A stretch of DNA of 64,000 bases, from assembly GCA_038248985.1 (NCBI GenBank), contig JBBRWV010000001.1, forward strand, positions 3,091-67,090. The letters run 5' to 3'. Source of the stretch: Phycisphaerae bacterium. Its GTDB lineage: Bacteria > Planctomycetota > Phycisphaerae > WQYP01. Numbering within the stretch: the first letter of the stretch is position 1; the number at the start of each line of letters is the position of its first letter. Below are positions 1 to 9,718 of the stretch, piece after piece. Position numbers and translations under genes: made by a program. The notes beneath the pieces are model-generated. The model did no database searches and was not told where the DNA came from. It saw nothing but the letters and a program-made list of their open reading frames with translations.

Positions 1-17
1 GCGGAAGGGGCGGGGCG

Positions 18-2426
18 GTGGTATCTTATGCGGGTATGCGTGCGGGAATGGACAGACTGAGCCTGTTTTTGCGGATGAATCCACTGGTGCCGGCGGTTGT
101 GGCGCTGGGGTCGGGGGTGGGTATAGGGGGGGTAGTGGGGGGGGTGAAGGGGGTGGAGGTGGGGGTCGCGCTGGGGGGCGCGGGGGTGTTGTGGGTGGGT
201 TGGGCGGTAGCGGAGGGGGTGCTGAGGGGGGTAAGGCAGGTGGTGGCGACTCATTTTTGTTTGCTCATGGGATTCATGTTTGCGGGGATCGGACTGTGGC
301 AAATGGACCAGCAACAAGGTGGGTGGACGGAGGTGGCGCGGTTCGTCCAAGGAGAAAATGCGACACCGATCAAGGCGCGGGTGGAGGTGGTCGTGCCGCC
401 GGAGGATGAAGCGGCGACGCATGGGAATATATACTGGGTGGGGAAGGTGCGGCGGGTGTGGACGAGCGCGGGGTGGGTGGAGAGTGAGGGGATGGTGCGG
501 GTGAAATCGGCAGCGGGGGTGAGCGTGGCGCGGGGGCAGGTATTGGAACTGCATGGTTGGGCGCACCGTCCGGCGGAGGCGCGGAATCCGGGGGCGTTTG
601 ATATGCGGAAGTATTTGGGTGCATCGCGGATTTTTGTGGAGATCAGCGCCAAGAAAGACAATGCGCTGACGCTGGTGGAGGAGACGAATGATGGGGGCGG
701 GGCGCGGTGGGTGGATCGGGCGCGGATGTTTGTGCGGGGGAAACTTTTAGAGCATACGGTGCGGGTGGATGGAATATCGGGGCGGGCGATGGTGGCGCTG
801 CTGCTGGGGTATCGCGATCCGTCGATTGCGGAAGTGGGGGAGTCGTTTACGAATGCGGGGGTGGCGCATCTGTTGGCGATTTCGGGAAGTCATGTGGTTT
901 TTCTGGCGGGGATTTTGTGGGGCGCGATGCGGGTGGTGCCGCTCGGGCCGCGGATGAAGCTGGTGTTGGTAGCGAGCGTGTTGCTGGGGTACGTGGCGCT
1001 GACGCCGTGCGGGCCGCCGGTGCTGCGGGCGGGGGTGGCGATGGGGATGATGGTGGCGGGTCGGCTGATGAATCGGCGGGCGAGTTTGCTGAACATGTTG
1101 GCGGCGGCGCTGGCGGTGGTGGTGATTCTGCGGCCGACGGATATGGGGGATGCGGGATGCCAGTTGAGTTTTGTGAGCACTGCGGGATTGATATTGCTGG
1201 GTGAGCGGTGCTATGCGTGGGGGACTTCGTGGTGGTGGCTGAGGCGGGAGGAGGAGATCGTGGCGATCAGCGGGCGGAGGTGGTGGCGCTGGCGGTTGGG
1301 GGCGATCAAGGTGTTGGTGGGGCTGCTGGTGGCTAATGGGATCGGGACTTTGACGGCGACGCCGCTGGTGCTGTGGCATTTCAATGCGTGGAATCCGCTG
1401 GCGGTCTTGACGGGGATGGTGGCGTTGCCGCTGGTGAGCATGACGATGGTGGCGTCGGTGGTGCAGTTGGTGGCGGCGTTGATTTCGGGGACGGTGGCGG
1501 GGTGGATTGCGCCGGTGACGACGGGGGTGGCGACGGTGATGGTGTGGGGAGTGGATTGGTTGTCGCGTGTGCCGGGGGCGGTGGTGGCGATGCGCGGGCC
1601 GCCGTGGTGGTGCGTGGGATTGTGCTATGGAATCATGCTGGTGTGGGTGGTGCGACGGTGGGCGGGGTGGTCGCGAGCGACGGTGAGCGTGCTGGGGATG
1701 ATGGTGGTGGTGAGCGTGGTGGGGTGGTATGCGTGGACGCTGCCGCGGGGGGAGTTGGAGTTGGAGGTACTGACGGTGGCGAAGGGGAGTGCGGTGGTGG
1801 TGCGGATGCCGGACGGTGGGGTGTGGGCGGTGAATTGCGGATCGCAGGAGGCGCCGGGGGTTTTGCGGAACGTGATGCGACCGGCGCTGCGGGTGATGGG
1901 CGTGGGGCGTTTGGAGGGGGTGGTGATTTCAAGTGCAGACAAGGTACATGCGAGCGATGCGGGGGACATGGTGGAGCGTTTCAGGCCGGGAAGGGTTTTT
2001 GTGAGCGAGCGGGTGGCGCGACATGCGGACTGGACGCTGCCGGGGACGGAAGTGATGGACGGGGCGCGGAAGGTGAGGGCGAAGGTGGAGACGCTGCGCG
2101 GGGGGGATGAGGTGCGGGTGGGGGAATGCGCGATGCGGGTGATGTGGCCGACGGGGGAGGTGGGGGAGGCATCGTTGATGCTGCGGCTGGAGTATCGGGG
2201 GAAGGTGATCTGGCTGGTGAATCCGAAGAGCGAGTTGGTGTGGCGGAGTTTGGGGGCGCGCGGGGCGATGAATGGGGAGGTGGTGGTTTTGCTGGGGCCG
2301 GGACGGGAGGGGAGTGAGGCGGAGATTGGGAAGATGGTGGGGGGTGAGGTGGTTTCGAGCGAAGAGAGGAGTTGGGTGCGGGTGCGGGTTGGGCGTGAGG
2401 GGGAGGTGAGGTTGGAGAGGCATTGA
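18..2426 (+). CDS. comEC: DNA internalization-related competence protein ComEC/Rec2 (competence channel domain + C-terminal metallo-beta-lactamase domain)
   Basis: Motifs GVAHLLAISGSHV and VLLGYVALT, a polytopic membrane core, and a C-terminal LEVLTVAKGSAVVVRMPDG...VNCG metallo-beta-lactamase-like region. The Gly-rich N-terminus is low complexity. Confidence 0.85.
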   Translation: MVSYAGMRAGMDRLSLFLRMNPLVPAVVALGSGVGIGGVVGGVKGVEVGVALGGAGVLWVGWAVAEGVLRGVRQVVATHFCLLMGFMFAGIGLWQMDQQQGGWTEVARFVQGENATPIKARVEVVVPPEDEAATHGNIYWVGKVRRVWTSAGWVESEGMVRVKSAAGVSVARGQVLELHGWAHRPAEARNPGAFDMRKYLGASRIFVEISAKKDNALTLVEETNDGGGARWVDRARMFVRGKLLEHTVRVDGISGRAMVALLLGYRDPSIAEVGESFTNAGVAHLLAISGSHVVFLAGILWGAMRVVPLGPRMKLVLVASVLLGYVALTPCGPPVLRAGVAMGMMVAGRLMNRRASLLNMLAAALAVVVILRPTDMGDAGCQLSFVSTAGLILLGERCYAWGTSWWWLRREEEIVAISGRRWWRWRLGAIKVLVGLLVANGIGTLTATPLVLWHFNAWNPLAVLTGMVALPLVSMTMVASVVQLVAALISGTVAGWIAPVTTGVATVMVWGVDWLSRVPGAVVAMRGPPWWCVGLCYGIMLVWVVRRWAGWSRATVSVLGMMVVVSVVGWYAWTLPRGELELEVLTVAKGSAVVVRMPDGGVWAVNCGSQEAPGVLRNVMRPALRVMGVGRLEGVVISSADKVHASDAGDMVERFRPGRVFVSERVARHADWTLPGTEVMDGARKVRAKVETLRGGDEVRVGECAMRVMWPTGEVGEASLMLRLEYRGKVIWLVNPKSELVWRSLGARGAMNGEVVVLLGPGREGSEAEIGKMVGGEVVSSEERSWVRVRVGREGEVRLERH

Positions 2427-2589
2427 AGGAATTGCCGAGGGTGGATTTCGGGCGAGGGTGGCTTGGGCGAATCGGTGGAGTTCGAGGCGTGGGGCGGGGG
2501 CGACGGTGAGGGCGATCATGCGTACTGCGGCTGCGCCGACGGCTACTTCGACGACGACGACGTCGCGGGCAGGATGCCCGCTGGGACTG

Positions 2590-3290
2590 CGGACAGTTTA
2601 GCCTAATTGTGCCTCGATTTTTAAGCGGGTATTGCACCTGCTATCGGGCAAATGGTACAACCAAAGCACGAAAGGGTCAGAAAATGAAAACTGGTTTTAT
2701 TTATTCGAGGATTTTGAGTGAGGGACAAAGGGACGGGACGGGATTAACCAGACAGACGGGAGCCGAGTTGGTGAATTACATCTTGTCACTCGGTCACGTT
2801 GTGGGCGGTACGCCAAAATTGCAGGACGTTGCCAGTGGTTATCACGGCGATAATCTTGTGGGGGATTTAGGGATATTTTTGGATGCAGTAGAATCGGGTC
2901 TGGTTAAATCTGGTGAAAGTTTTTTGGCAATTGAGGATTGGGATAGGCTAACCCGCTTGACTCCGTGGGATGCCATTCCCACTTTTCAATCTATCATAAA
3001 TCATAATGTTGACCTTTTGACATACATGGATGGCGAGGCAAGGTGGTATACGTTGGCAAGTCTTAAAGGCAATCCCAACCTACTTGATGAAGTTTTAGAC
3101 GGCATGAAGTCAGCACATTATTTTAGCAAGAAATTAGCAGCACGAATTAAGGGAATGTATAAACGGAAGATTGCGGAAAATGCAATTTATTCCGGTAGCG
3201 TCCCAAGTTGGATTGTTAAAAAATATGGAGCAATAAATCCTCGTTCGGGGAGATCGTCAATTATTGGATTTGAATTGGGTATAGGGGGCG
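2590..3290. mobile_element. Low-GC (~45%) inserted segment, possible remnant of a mobile element carrying a resolvase-like gene
   Basis: Composition drops abruptly to AT-rich between comEC and the GT2 gene (flanks ~65% GC). The ORF inside reads through the islet boundary into GC-rich DNA. Confidence 0.35.
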
Positions 3291-3346
3291 ATGCTTGGTG
3301 GGGTGACGGGGGATTGGGTTGTGGGGTATCATCGGGGAATGGATGA
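2684..3346 (+). CDS. Serine recombinase/resolvase-like protein, atypical N-terminal motif, probably 3'-truncated or degenerate
   Basis: MKTGFIYSRILSEGQ resembles resolvase YxRVSTxxQ, but the nucleophile position holds Leu. SGYHGDNLVGDLG...GESFLAIEDWDRLTRL matches the resolvase SG...RPG...GDxLVVxxLDRLxR core. An RBS-like AAAGGG lies upstream of ATG 2684. The C-terminal tail GDAWWGDGGLG is translated from GC-rich flank overlapping the next gene. Confidence 0.45.
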   Translation: MKTGFIYSRILSEGQRDGTGLTRQTGAELVNYILSLGHVVGGTPKLQDVASGYHGDNLVGDLGIFLDAVESGLVKSGESFLAIEDWDRLTRLTPWDAIPTFQSIINHNVDLLTYMDGEARWYTLASLKGNPNLLDEVLDGMKSAHYFSKKLAARIKGMYKRKIAENAIYSGSVPSWIVKKYGAINPRSGRSSIIGFELGIGGDAWWGDGGLGCGVSSGNG

Positions 3347-4172
3347 TCAACCGAAGTTTTTGGTGTCGGGCTGCGTGATCTGCAAGAACAATGCCGACAA
3401 GATTGCGCGGACTTTGGATTCGCTGAGGTGGTGCGACGAGATCGTGGTGGTGGATTCGGGATCGACGGATGGGACGGTGGGGGTGTGCGAGGGGCATGGG
3501 AGCGGGAAGGTGCGGGTGATTAAGAGTGGATGGCGGTGGTTCAATAAGCAGCGGGAGTATGCGGCGTCGGCGTGCCGGAACGCGTGGGTGCTGATGCTGG
3601 ATGCGGACGAGGAGTGCGGAGAGGAGTTGCGGGGGGAGATTTTGGGGTTGACGGAGGAGGCGCGGCGGGGGGTGGGTTTGTTCAAGATGCCACGGAAGAA
3701 TTTTGTGATGAAGCGTCATGTGCGGGTGTGGGGGCCGGATTTTCAGACGCGGTTGGTGCATAGGGAGCGGGTGGAGTGGGATGCGCGGAGTATTCCGGAG
3801 ATACGGAAGGTGAAGGCGGAATTTCGAGTGGGGAAGTTGAAGGGGGCGATTTTGCACAATCGATTGACGGAGTTGCAGGCGACGGATTTCAATGATGGGG
3901 TGAAGCAGGCGATGTACGCGGTGGAGCTGGCGGAGCATATGCGTTTGAAGGGGAAACGCGGCGGGTGGGTGAATCTGTTCTTCCGGCCGTGGATGACGTT
4001 TTTGAAATATTATGTTTTGCGCGGGGCGTTTCTGGAGGGGCGGTTTGGGCTGGCGATTGCGTATAAGACGACGATCATGGTGATGTTGAAGTACAGTGTT
4101 TTGTATGCGGAGGGGATGAAGGGGGGCGAGAACCAAGAAACAGGGAGCAAGGAGCAAAACGAGCACGGGTGA
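3339..4172 (+). CDS. Family 2 glycosyltransferase (LPS/cell-envelope polysaccharide biosynthesis type)
   Basis: N-terminus [23 protein letters not shown]...[13 protein letters not shown] is the GT2 signature, plus LMLDADE (DxD-like). The likely start is ATG 3339 (MDDQPKF). Confidence 0.8.
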   Translation: MDDQPKFLVSGCVICKNNADKIARTLDSLRWCDEIVVVDSGSTDGTVGVCEGHGSGKVRVIKSGWRWFNKQREYAASACRNAWVLMLDADEECGEELRGEILGLTEEARRGVGLFKMPRKNFVMKRHVRVWGPDFQTRLVHRERVEWDARSIPEIRKVKAEFRVGKLKGAILHNRLTELQATDFNDGVKQAMYAVELAEHMRLKGKRGGWVNLFFRPWMTFLKYYVLRGAFLEGRFGLAIAYKTTIMVMLKYSVLYAEGMKGGENQETGSKEQNEHG

Positions 4173-4219
4173 GGGGTGAAGGGGCAGCGGTAAAAGTGGA
4201 AGCATCATTAATGCTGGGG

Positions 4220-4729
4220 TTGTCGCCGGTGATTTCGATCGAGCAGAAGACGGTGGGGAAGAATCCGCGTTCGACGGTGGGGACAATGACGGATATTTCC
4301 CCGTATTTGAATTTGCTGTATGCGACGTCGGCGGAGGCGCATTGCCCGCGTGGGTATTTGACGCTGGGGCAGTCGTCGACGATGTTGTCGGGCGGGGAGG
4401 CGCAGCGGATCAAGCTGGCGAATGAATTGTCGAAGCTGCGGCGGGGGCAGCATGCGCTGTACATTCTGGATGAGCCGACGACGGGGCTGCATCGGGCGGA
4501 TATTGCGAAGCTGCTGGAGTGTTTGGCGCGGTTGGAGGATGCGGGGCATTCGGTGCTGGTGATCGAGCATCACCTGGATGTGATCAAGACGGCGGATCAT
4601 ATTATTGATTTGGGGCCGGAGGGCGGGCATTCAGGCGGAGAGGTGATTGCGGAGGGCTCGCCGGAGGAGTTGAGCCGGAGCAAGCATTCGCATACGGGGC
4701 GGTATTTGCGGACGCATATGAAGGTGTGA
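4220..4729 (+). pseudogene. uvrA: Remnant of the excinuclease UvrA C-terminus, with an internal deletion and no N-terminal ~75% of the protein
   Basis: [31 protein letters not shown] matches the UvrA [21 protein letters not shown]..ELFA region, then jumps directly to [25 protein letters not shown]...[12 protein letters not shown]...[23 protein letters not shown]...TGRYL, the UvrA C-terminal ABC signature, Walker B and H-loop. The zinc finger and Walker A are missing. It sits directly after an intact GT2 gene. Confidence 0.6.
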
Positions 4730-4830
4730 GCGGAAGGGCGTACCCCCATTGGGGGTGGCGGGGCGAATGGTGGGTTGGCAATCAGAAAACCAATGCCTTA
4801 CTATCGGAGGGCACAAAGGAGTGATGCTAG

Positions 4831-5982
4831 ATGACACATATTGCGGGCGCAAAATCGGTGGAAGTTGCGGGGCCAGTGCCGCTGTTTGAGTTGGCGACGC
4901 AGTGGCAGTTGATCCGCAACGAGGTGGAGGGGGCGATCAAGGAAGTATTAGAAAGCCAGCAGTACACGTCGGGGGCGGTGTCGGGGCCGTTTGTGGGGCG
5001 GTTTGAGGAGCATTTGGGCAAGCAGTTGGGGGCGTATGTGGTGGCATTGTCCTCCGGGACGGATGCGATTTTGGCGGCGATGATGGCACTGAAGATTGGG
5101 GCGGGGGCGGAGGTGGTGACGACGCCGTTTTCGTTTTTTGCCACGGCGGGTTGCATTGCGCGGGCGGGGGCGAAGCCGGTGTTTGTGGATATAGATGCGG
5201 ATACCTTTTTGATGGATGTGCAGCGGGTGGAGGGCGCGATTACAGGGCAGACGCGGGCGATTGTGCCGGTGCATTTGTATGGGCAGATGCTGGATTCGGG
5301 GGCGCTTGCGGCCATTGCGTGCAAGCATGGGTTGGATGTGATCGAGGATGCGGCGCAGGCGATAGGATCGCGGGATGCTGCCGGGAAGCAGGTTGCGGAG
5401 AATGCGCGATGCGCGTGTTTGAGTTTTTATCCGACGAAGAACCTGGGGGCCGCCGGTGATGCGGGAGCGCTGGTGACGCGCGATGAGAAGTTGGCGATAC
5501 GGTTTCGACAGACGCGGCAGCATGGGGAGACGGCGCGGTATCACCATGAATTTGTGGGCGGAAATTTCCGCATGGATGCGATTCAGGCGGCGGTGCTCGA
5601 TGTGAAGTTGCGGCACCTGGAGAGTTGGACGAAGCGGCGGCGGGCGATTGCCGCGTATTACACGAAGCGGTTTGTGGGGACGGACGTGAAGCCGCCACGG
5701 GAGCTGCCGGGTGTTTATCACGTGTATCATCAATACGTGATTCGGGTGCCAGAGCGGGATGCGGTGCGCGACTACCTCACAAAGGAGGGGGTGGGCTGCA
5801 ACGTATTTTATCCCAAAGGGCTGCACTTGCAGGAGTGTTTTGCCGATCTGGGATATGCCAAAGGCGCGTTTCCGGTGACGGAGCGGGCATGCGAAGAAGT
5901 GCTGGCGTTGCCGGTGTTTCCGGAATTGACGGATCGACAGATGGAACGCGTAGCCGATACGATTTTGGCGTTTTATAAGTGA
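4831..5982 (+). CDS. DegT/DnrJ/EryC1/StrS family PLP-dependent sugar aminotransferase
   Basis: Full-length family architecture (383 aa). A PLP-lysine region (FYPTKNLGAAGDAGALVT) and conserved blocks QYTSGAVSGPF...ALSSGTDAI...VHLYGQ are present. Confidence 0.9.
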   Translation: MTHIAGAKSVEVAGPVPLFELATQWQLIRNEVEGAIKEVLESQQYTSGAVSGPFVGRFEEHLGKQLGAYVVALSSGTDAILAAMMALKIGAGAEVVTTPFSFFATAGCIARAGAKPVFVDIDADTFLMDVQRVEGAITGQTRAIVPVHLYGQMLDSGALAAIACKHGLDVIEDAAQAIGSRDAAGKQVAENARCACLSFYPTKNLGAAGDAGALVTRDEKLAIRFRQTRQHGETARYHHEFVGGNFRMDAIQAAVLDVKLRHLESWTKRRRAIAAYYTKRFVGTDVKPPRELPGVYHVYHQYVIRVPERDAVRDYLTKEGVGCNVFYPKGLHLQECFADLGYAKGAFPVTERACEEVLALPVFPELTDRQMERVADTILAFYK

Positions 5983-6116
5983 GCTGGCCGGCGAAGTTGG
6001 CGACCAGTCAGGAATTTTCAGACCGGAAATGTTTCTTGATCCTCCGCAGATAGACACATGCAGACACGGACGATTTTGTTTTTTTGATCGCTCTTTGTTG
6101 GATATTGAATTTGGAA

Positions 6117-7184
6117 ATGGACGCAGCGTATCGCAGGCCGCCGACCGTGGAATGGGTGGGGGATATCCAGGGCCACCTGGAAGTATTGGACCAACGGGTG
6201 TTGCCGGGCCGGGTCGAGGTCTTGCGCCTGAACACAGTGGAAGAGGTGTGGGATGCGATCAAAACATTGGCGGTGCGGGGCGCGCCGGCGATTGGGGTGG
6301 CGGCGGCATACGGAATGGTGATCGGGGCGCGGAAGGTGGGGCCTTCGTCCCAATCGGCGATGGTGATTGAAGTGCTGCAGGAATGCGGGGCATATTTGAA
6401 ATCAAGCCGGCCGACGGCGGTGAACCTGGAGTGGGCGGTCGACCAGATGGAGCGTGTGGCAATATCGGAGCGGGGAGTTGGAGCGCGACAACTGGTGCGG
6501 CGGCTCTTGGAAGAGGCGCGGGCGATCCATGCGGATGACCTGGAAAAGTGCCTGGCGATTGGCAAACATGGTGCGCGTTTTATCGAGGAGGGGTTTGGGG
6601 TACTGACACACTGCAATGCGGGAAGCTTGGCGACGTCAGACCATGGGACGGCGTTGTCGCTGATGTATGAGGCGCAGCGGCTGGGGCGGAAGTTTCAGGT
6701 GTTTGCCGATGAGACGCGGCCATTGCTGCAGGGGGCACGCCTGACCGCGTGGGAACTGTCGACGGCCGGCGTGGATACGACGCTGATTTGCGACAACATG
6801 GCGGGCTTGCTGATGAAGCAGGGAAAGATCCAGTTGGTGATTGTGGGGGCAGACCGTATCGCCGCCAATGGCGATACGGCCAACAAGATTGGCACGTATT
6901 CGGTGGCGACGCTGGCGAAGGCACATGGAATCCCCGTGGTGGTGGCCGCGCCCACGAACACGTTTGATTTATCGCTCACGCATGGGGGTTTAATTCCGAT
7001 CGAGGAACGGGCACCGGAGGAGGTGACGGGTTTCGGAGGCGTGCGGACAGCGCCGGCCGGGATGAAAGTCTACAATCCGTCATTTGATGTTACACTGGCG
7101 GGCTTGATTACGGCGATCGTGACCGAACGCGGGGTGATCAGCCCGGTGGAGGAACAGGGGATTCGCAGGAACGTCGAGGGGTGA
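6117..7184 (+). CDS. mtnA: S-methyl-5-thioribose-1-phosphate isomerase (MtnA) / eIF-2B alpha-beta-delta family
   Basis: LAVRGAPAIGVAAAYG, TRPLLQGARLTAWEL and VIVGADRIAANGDTANKIGTY are characteristic of MtnA/eIF2B-like isomerases. Confidence 0.8.
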   Translation: MDAAYRRPPTVEWVGDIQGHLEVLDQRVLPGRVEVLRLNTVEEVWDAIKTLAVRGAPAIGVAAAYGMVIGARKVGPSSQSAMVIEVLQECGAYLKSSRPTAVNLEWAVDQMERVAISERGVGARQLVRRLLEEARAIHADDLEKCLAIGKHGARFIEEGFGVLTHCNAGSLATSDHGTALSLMYEAQRLGRKFQVFADETRPLLQGARLTAWELSTAGVDTTLICDNMAGLLMKQGKIQLVIVGADRIAANGDTANKIGTYSVATLAKAHGIPVVVAAPTNTFDLSLTHGGLIPIEERAPEEVTGFGGVRTAPAGMKVYNPSFDVTLAGLITAIVTERGVISPVEEQGIRRNVEG

Positions 7185-7315
7185 GCGGACCAGGAGCGAT
7201 TCAGGACATAGCCTTATATACATGAAGCGCCGCGAGAAATGTTTGGCATGAACGATGCCGGACATTCTTGCTGAAAGCGCAGCGGTGGCGCAGCAGGATT
7301 TTGGCTTGGGCGCGG

Positions 7316-8284
7316 TTACTGCTTTTTCACCGTGGCCAGTTGCTGGGTGAGGAGCCGGGCCAACGATTCGACGATTTCCTGACGGTGTATGCCGGCGAGG
7401 GCGAGGGCGATCTGGGTTTCCATAAGGCCGAAGGGGATGCCGGTGTCATAGCGTTCGCCGATGACTTCGAAGCAGTAGTAACGCTTGAGTTGCTGGCGCA
7501 TCATTTCCTGGGCGGAGGTGAGTTGGATTTCGCCCTTCTCGCGCAGGTTGTCCTTGATCTGCTTTTCGATCGCGTCGAAGAGGGCCGGCGGGAAGACGTG
7601 CATGCCGAAGTGGCACAGGTACATGCCGGGGGCGACGCCGGGCGTGGCGAGATTTTGTCGGGCGAAGTCGATGGTTGGTTTTTCCTTGATGGTTTCGACA
7701 TCGTAGAGGCGGGGTTGGGAGGGGAGGGGTTTGCCTTTCATGGTGCCGAAGAGATGGAGGAGGTTTTCGGCGGTGGGTTTGACGGCCGAGACGGCATCTG
7801 CGCCGCTGGAGGCGAAGGAGTCAATGAGTTGTTTGGCGCAGCGGTCATTCTCGCCGGTGATGTAAATGTGATCGCCGAGCATGAGGAGGAACGGTTCATT
7901 GCCGATGAAGTTTTTGGCCTGGTAGACGGCGTGTCCGTAACCCTCAGGCGTGTGCTGGGTGACGAAGGTGAGCGATTTTTCCATTTTGGCGAGCTTTTCG
8001 GATTCCTTGAGGGCCCATTCCTTTCCCTTGAACGCCGGGAGGAGTTCGGCGGTCAGGCCGCGGAAGTAGTGTTTGAACTGCACTTCATCGCCGGGCGAGA
8101 CGACGATGCAGATTTCTTCGATGCCGGCGTCGAAGGCTTCTTCGCAGATAATCTGGATGACGGGCTTGGTGAGGCCGTCGCGATCCACCATGGGGAGGAG
8201 TTCTTTCTGGACGATCGAGGTCGCGGGGTACATGCGGGTGCCACGGCCAGCGGCGGTGATGACGGCTTTACGGACTATCGACAT
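7316..8284 (-). CDS. galU: UTP--glucose-1-phosphate uridylyltransferase
   Basis: N-terminus KAVITAAGRGTRMYPATSIVQKELLPMVD is the nucleotidyltransferase G-loop of GalU. Length 322 aa. Confidence 0.85.
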   Translation of the reverse strand: MSIVRKAVITAAGRGTRMYPATSIVQKELLPMVDRDGLTKPVIQIICEEAFDAGIEEICIVVSPGDEVQFKHYFRGLTAELLPAFKGKEWALKESEKLAKMEKSLTFVTQHTPEGYGHAVYQAKNFIGNEPFLLMLGDHIYITGENDRCAKQLIDSFASSGADAVSAVKPTAENLLHLFGTMKGKPLPSQPRLYDVETIKEKPTIDFARQNLATPGVAPGMYLCHFGMHVFPPALFDAIEKQIKDNLREKGEIQLTSAQEMMRQQLKRYYCFEVIGERYDTGIPFGLMETQIALALAGIHRQEIVESLARLLTQQLATVKKQ

Positions 8285-8329
8285 GATTGCTCCTTAGGGT
8301 TTTAACGAGACAGTTATTTCAAAAACGAT

Positions 8330-9547
8330 TCATCTTTCAATTTTGGGAGACGGAAGGAGGATGCGGTCGATGGCAGCGGCGACGAGGCCCAGGGCGCGGC
8401 GGCGCGGCGCCAAGGTGATGCGCACCTCGCCGAAGCGGGCCCACATGGAGGCGTCGCGGATGGCAGTGGTGATGCGGTCGGTGATCGGTGGGGGAAGTTC
8501 CGCGAGGAAACCCGTGAGGACAACGTCGCGAATGCCGACAAGGTTGAGGGCCGTGGCGATGATGGCCCCGGCGGCATCGAGCGTGGGGGTGAGCCATTTT
8601 TCCAGAGGGTTGTGTTCGAGGTGGTGAACGAGCGTGGGCCATGATTTCTTGGCCGAGTGATGGGTCTTGGCGAAGGACGCGAGGAGGCCGCGGCGCGACA
8701 GCAGGGTTTCGAGGCAGCCAGTGTTGCCGCAGCCGCACGGCCGACGGTTGCCGGGGATGCGCGAGTGGCCGATCTCGCCGGAGAGGGGAAGCGGCGAGAC
8801 ATAAAGATGCGAATTGGCGGCCAGCGCCCCGCCGACGCCAGCACCGAAATCAACGAGGAGAAAATCTTTGATGACCGGTTGGGCCCAGAGTTGGCCGAGG
8901 GCGAGAGCGCGGATTTCCTGGACGAAGCAGAGGGGGGTGGCGCGGGCGGCGGGCAGCGCTTCGTGGACGAGCGTGCCAAGATTGACGTTGTGCAACCAGG
9001 GGATGTTGGGCGAGAGCAGCGTCAGCCCGGTGGATTCGTCGAGGGCGCCGGGGACGGAGATCGCGATGGCGGCAGTATCCGGGTTGTGAAGCGAGCGGAC
9101 GGCCGACGCGAGGTCGCGGATGAAAGCCTCGCGGGAAGCGGGGGTCTTGAACGTGATCGGCCAAGAGCGTTCCGAAGTGGGTTCATTGGTGGCGGGATCT
9201 TTCTGTGGTCCGGCGATGGGCAGGGCTGAGAGACGCGTGTTGTGAACCCCAATCTGGAGTGCGAGGATGGATTCGCGCGTGCGGTTAAGACGCAGCGGCC
9301 GGGAAGGGCGCCCGGTGCGGTCACGCGGCGCAAAGTGGTCGGGGGTGTCGACGGCTGGTGGAGGCGAATCTTCCTCCTCAAGCAGTCCGTCGGCGAGAAG
9401 TTGTTCGGCAATCTTGCCGACGGTGGGGGCGGAAAGGCCGATGGATTTGGCGGCATCGGCGCGGGATGCCGGTCCGGCGGCGCGGAGGTAGTCAAAGACC
9501 GCGAGGCGGTTGGAGGCGCGGGCGTCATGGGGGAGGATGGTGGGCAT
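8330..9547 (-). CDS. ROK-family transcriptional regulator (NagC/XylR-like) with N-terminal HTH
   Basis: N-terminal HTH (NRLAVFDYLRAAGPASRADAAKSIGLSAPTVGKIAEQL), ROK sugar-kinase-like fold and a CGCGNTGCLETL zinc motif. Confidence 0.85.
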   Translation of the reverse strand: MPTILPHDARASNRLAVFDYLRAAGPASRADAAKSIGLSAPTVGKIAEQLLADGLLEEEDSPPPAVDTPDHFAPRDRTGRPSRPLRLNRTRESILALQIGVHNTRLSALPIAGPQKDPATNEPTSERSWPITFKTPASREAFIRDLASAVRSLHNPDTAAIAISVPGALDESTGLTLLSPNIPWLHNVNLGTLVHEALPAARATPLCFVQEIRALALGQLWAQPVIKDFLLVDFGAGVGGALAANSHLYVSPLPLSGEIGHSRIPGNRRPCGCGNTGCLETLLSRRGLLASFAKTHHSAKKSWPTLVHHLEHNPLEKWLTPTLDAAGAIIATALNLVGIRDVVLTGFLAELPPPITDRITTAIRDASMWARFGEVRITLAPRRRALGLVAAAIDRILLPSPKIER

Positions 9548-9570
9548 GGTGCTCCTGGCTGGGTATTAAT

Positions 9571-9594
9571 AAGCTAAGTTAATTAATTTAGCTT
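9571..9594. promoter_or_regulatory. 24-bp AT-rich imperfect palindrome (AAGCTAAGTTAATTAATTTAGCTT) immediately upstream of the ROK regulator start, a candidate operator
   Basis: Inverted repeat with 7/8 matching arm positions, centred on TTAATTAA. It lies 24-47 bp upstream of the ROK start codon in otherwise GC-rich DNA. Confidence 0.4.
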
Positions 9595-9718
9595 AGAAAG
9601 TCAAGCGGAGGCGAAATTGGGGAGGCACGAGAAAGGGGAAGGATAGGGGTTTCGCCGATGTGACGAGATGCTAAAATGGAGGCATAGCCACGGATCGTTT
9701 TTTTGAGGTAGAAGGAAA

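Noticed and set aside
251-2637. Numerous long minus-strand and alternative-frame ORFs rich in Pro/Arg/His, e.g. 747..1379, 1929..2519 and 1981..2637, overlapping comEC
   Set aside because: They are typical spurious reading frames of GC-rich coding DNA, with low-complexity composition and no domain signal. They are antisense to a well-supported ComEC ORF.
3261-4286. 341-aa minus-strand ORF overlapping the GT2 gene, and the similar 7268..8305 ORF antisense to galU
   Set aside because: Both are antisense to genes with clear family signatures, and their composition is proline-rich.
4745-4775. ACCCCC-att-GGGGGT hairpin after the UvrA remnant
   Set aside because: A short stem without a downstream U-tract. 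It is not a convincing intrinsic terminator.
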